From NCBI GenBank assembly GCA_000002435.2, contig CM018793.1: a DNA stretch of 64,000 nt, one strand, 5' to 3'. Numbering within the stretch: position 1 is the first letter of the stretch; each line of letters begins with the position of its first letter. Position numbers and translations under genes: made by a program. A model generated the notes under the pieces. The model was not told the origin of the DNA. It did no database searches and saw only the letters and a list, made by a program, of their open reading frames with translations. Positions 63,972-64,000 of this stretch are shown piece by piece. The stretch is from Giardia intestinalis (taxonomy: Eukaryota).

Positions 63972-64000
63972 TTTGTTTTGCCAAATTAACGGAATTCAAT

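Noticed and set aside
63099-63989. A 296-aa plus-strand ORF.
   Set aside because: It is antisense to the well-supported phospholipase B-like CDS and has no start context or recognisable features, so it is spurious. The same applies to the other sub-200-aa antisense ORFs inside large genes (e.g. 20654-21166, 21818-22315, 22882-23391, 36056-36526).

Overview
This window reads as a compact, intron-poor protist nuclear segment that is about 95% coding. I infer a diplomonad of the Giardia type. Three things seen in the sequence support that. Many ankyrin proteins carry the '..TALMYAA..' repeat flavour of Giardia 'Protein 21.1'. A NEK-like kinase lacks its catalytic residues. AGTRAAY polyadenylation signals sit at or within about 25 nt of stop codons, and 15-80 nt A/T-rich initiator regions precede the ATGs. 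The supplied ORF track uses bacterial alternative starts (GTG/TTG), so I re-anchored every CDS on the first plausible in-frame ATG.

Contents in order:
(1) A giant minus-strand gene (<1..9828, more than 3270 codons, C-terminus off-window). It has an N-terminal unique head, then 9.65 PERFECTLY identical in-frame 768-bp (256-aa) coiled-coil repeats at 846-8259 that are GC-rich against AT-richer flanks, then a C-terminal ankyrin module.
(2) Three hypothetical genes: a Cys/His-cluster protein, a parallel beta-helix repeat protein and a small membrane protein.
(3) A same-strand trio of ankyrin + coiled-coil (21.1-type) paralogues at 15031-23452, with a 0-33 nt spacer between the first two.
(4) An IQ/coiled-coil protein, a p24/GOLD cargo receptor and a tail-anchored protein.
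(5) A phosphoinositide neighbourhood. An OCRL-like inositol polyphosphate 5-phosphatase sits divergent (31-nt spacer) from SR-alpha. A 2155-aa class-I-like PI3K with a basic Ser/Arg-rich insert follows, then a dual-specificity phosphatase.
(6) A 1523-aa coiled-coil protein, RNase H2A, another 21.1 ankyrin protein, and a candidate divergent Rad21-like kleisin that is divergent (15-nt spacer) from a NEK-like PSEUDOkinase.
(7) An ankyrin protein with a C-terminal Cys/His cluster, a GDPD phosphodiesterase, a U2AF35-like CCCH/RRM protein, an RSPH9-like radial spoke head protein, an ARL-like GTPase and a phospholipase B-like hydrolase.

I see no rRNA, tRNA, transposon or CRISPR. The most notable signal is the perfect intragenic 7.4-kb tandem array.
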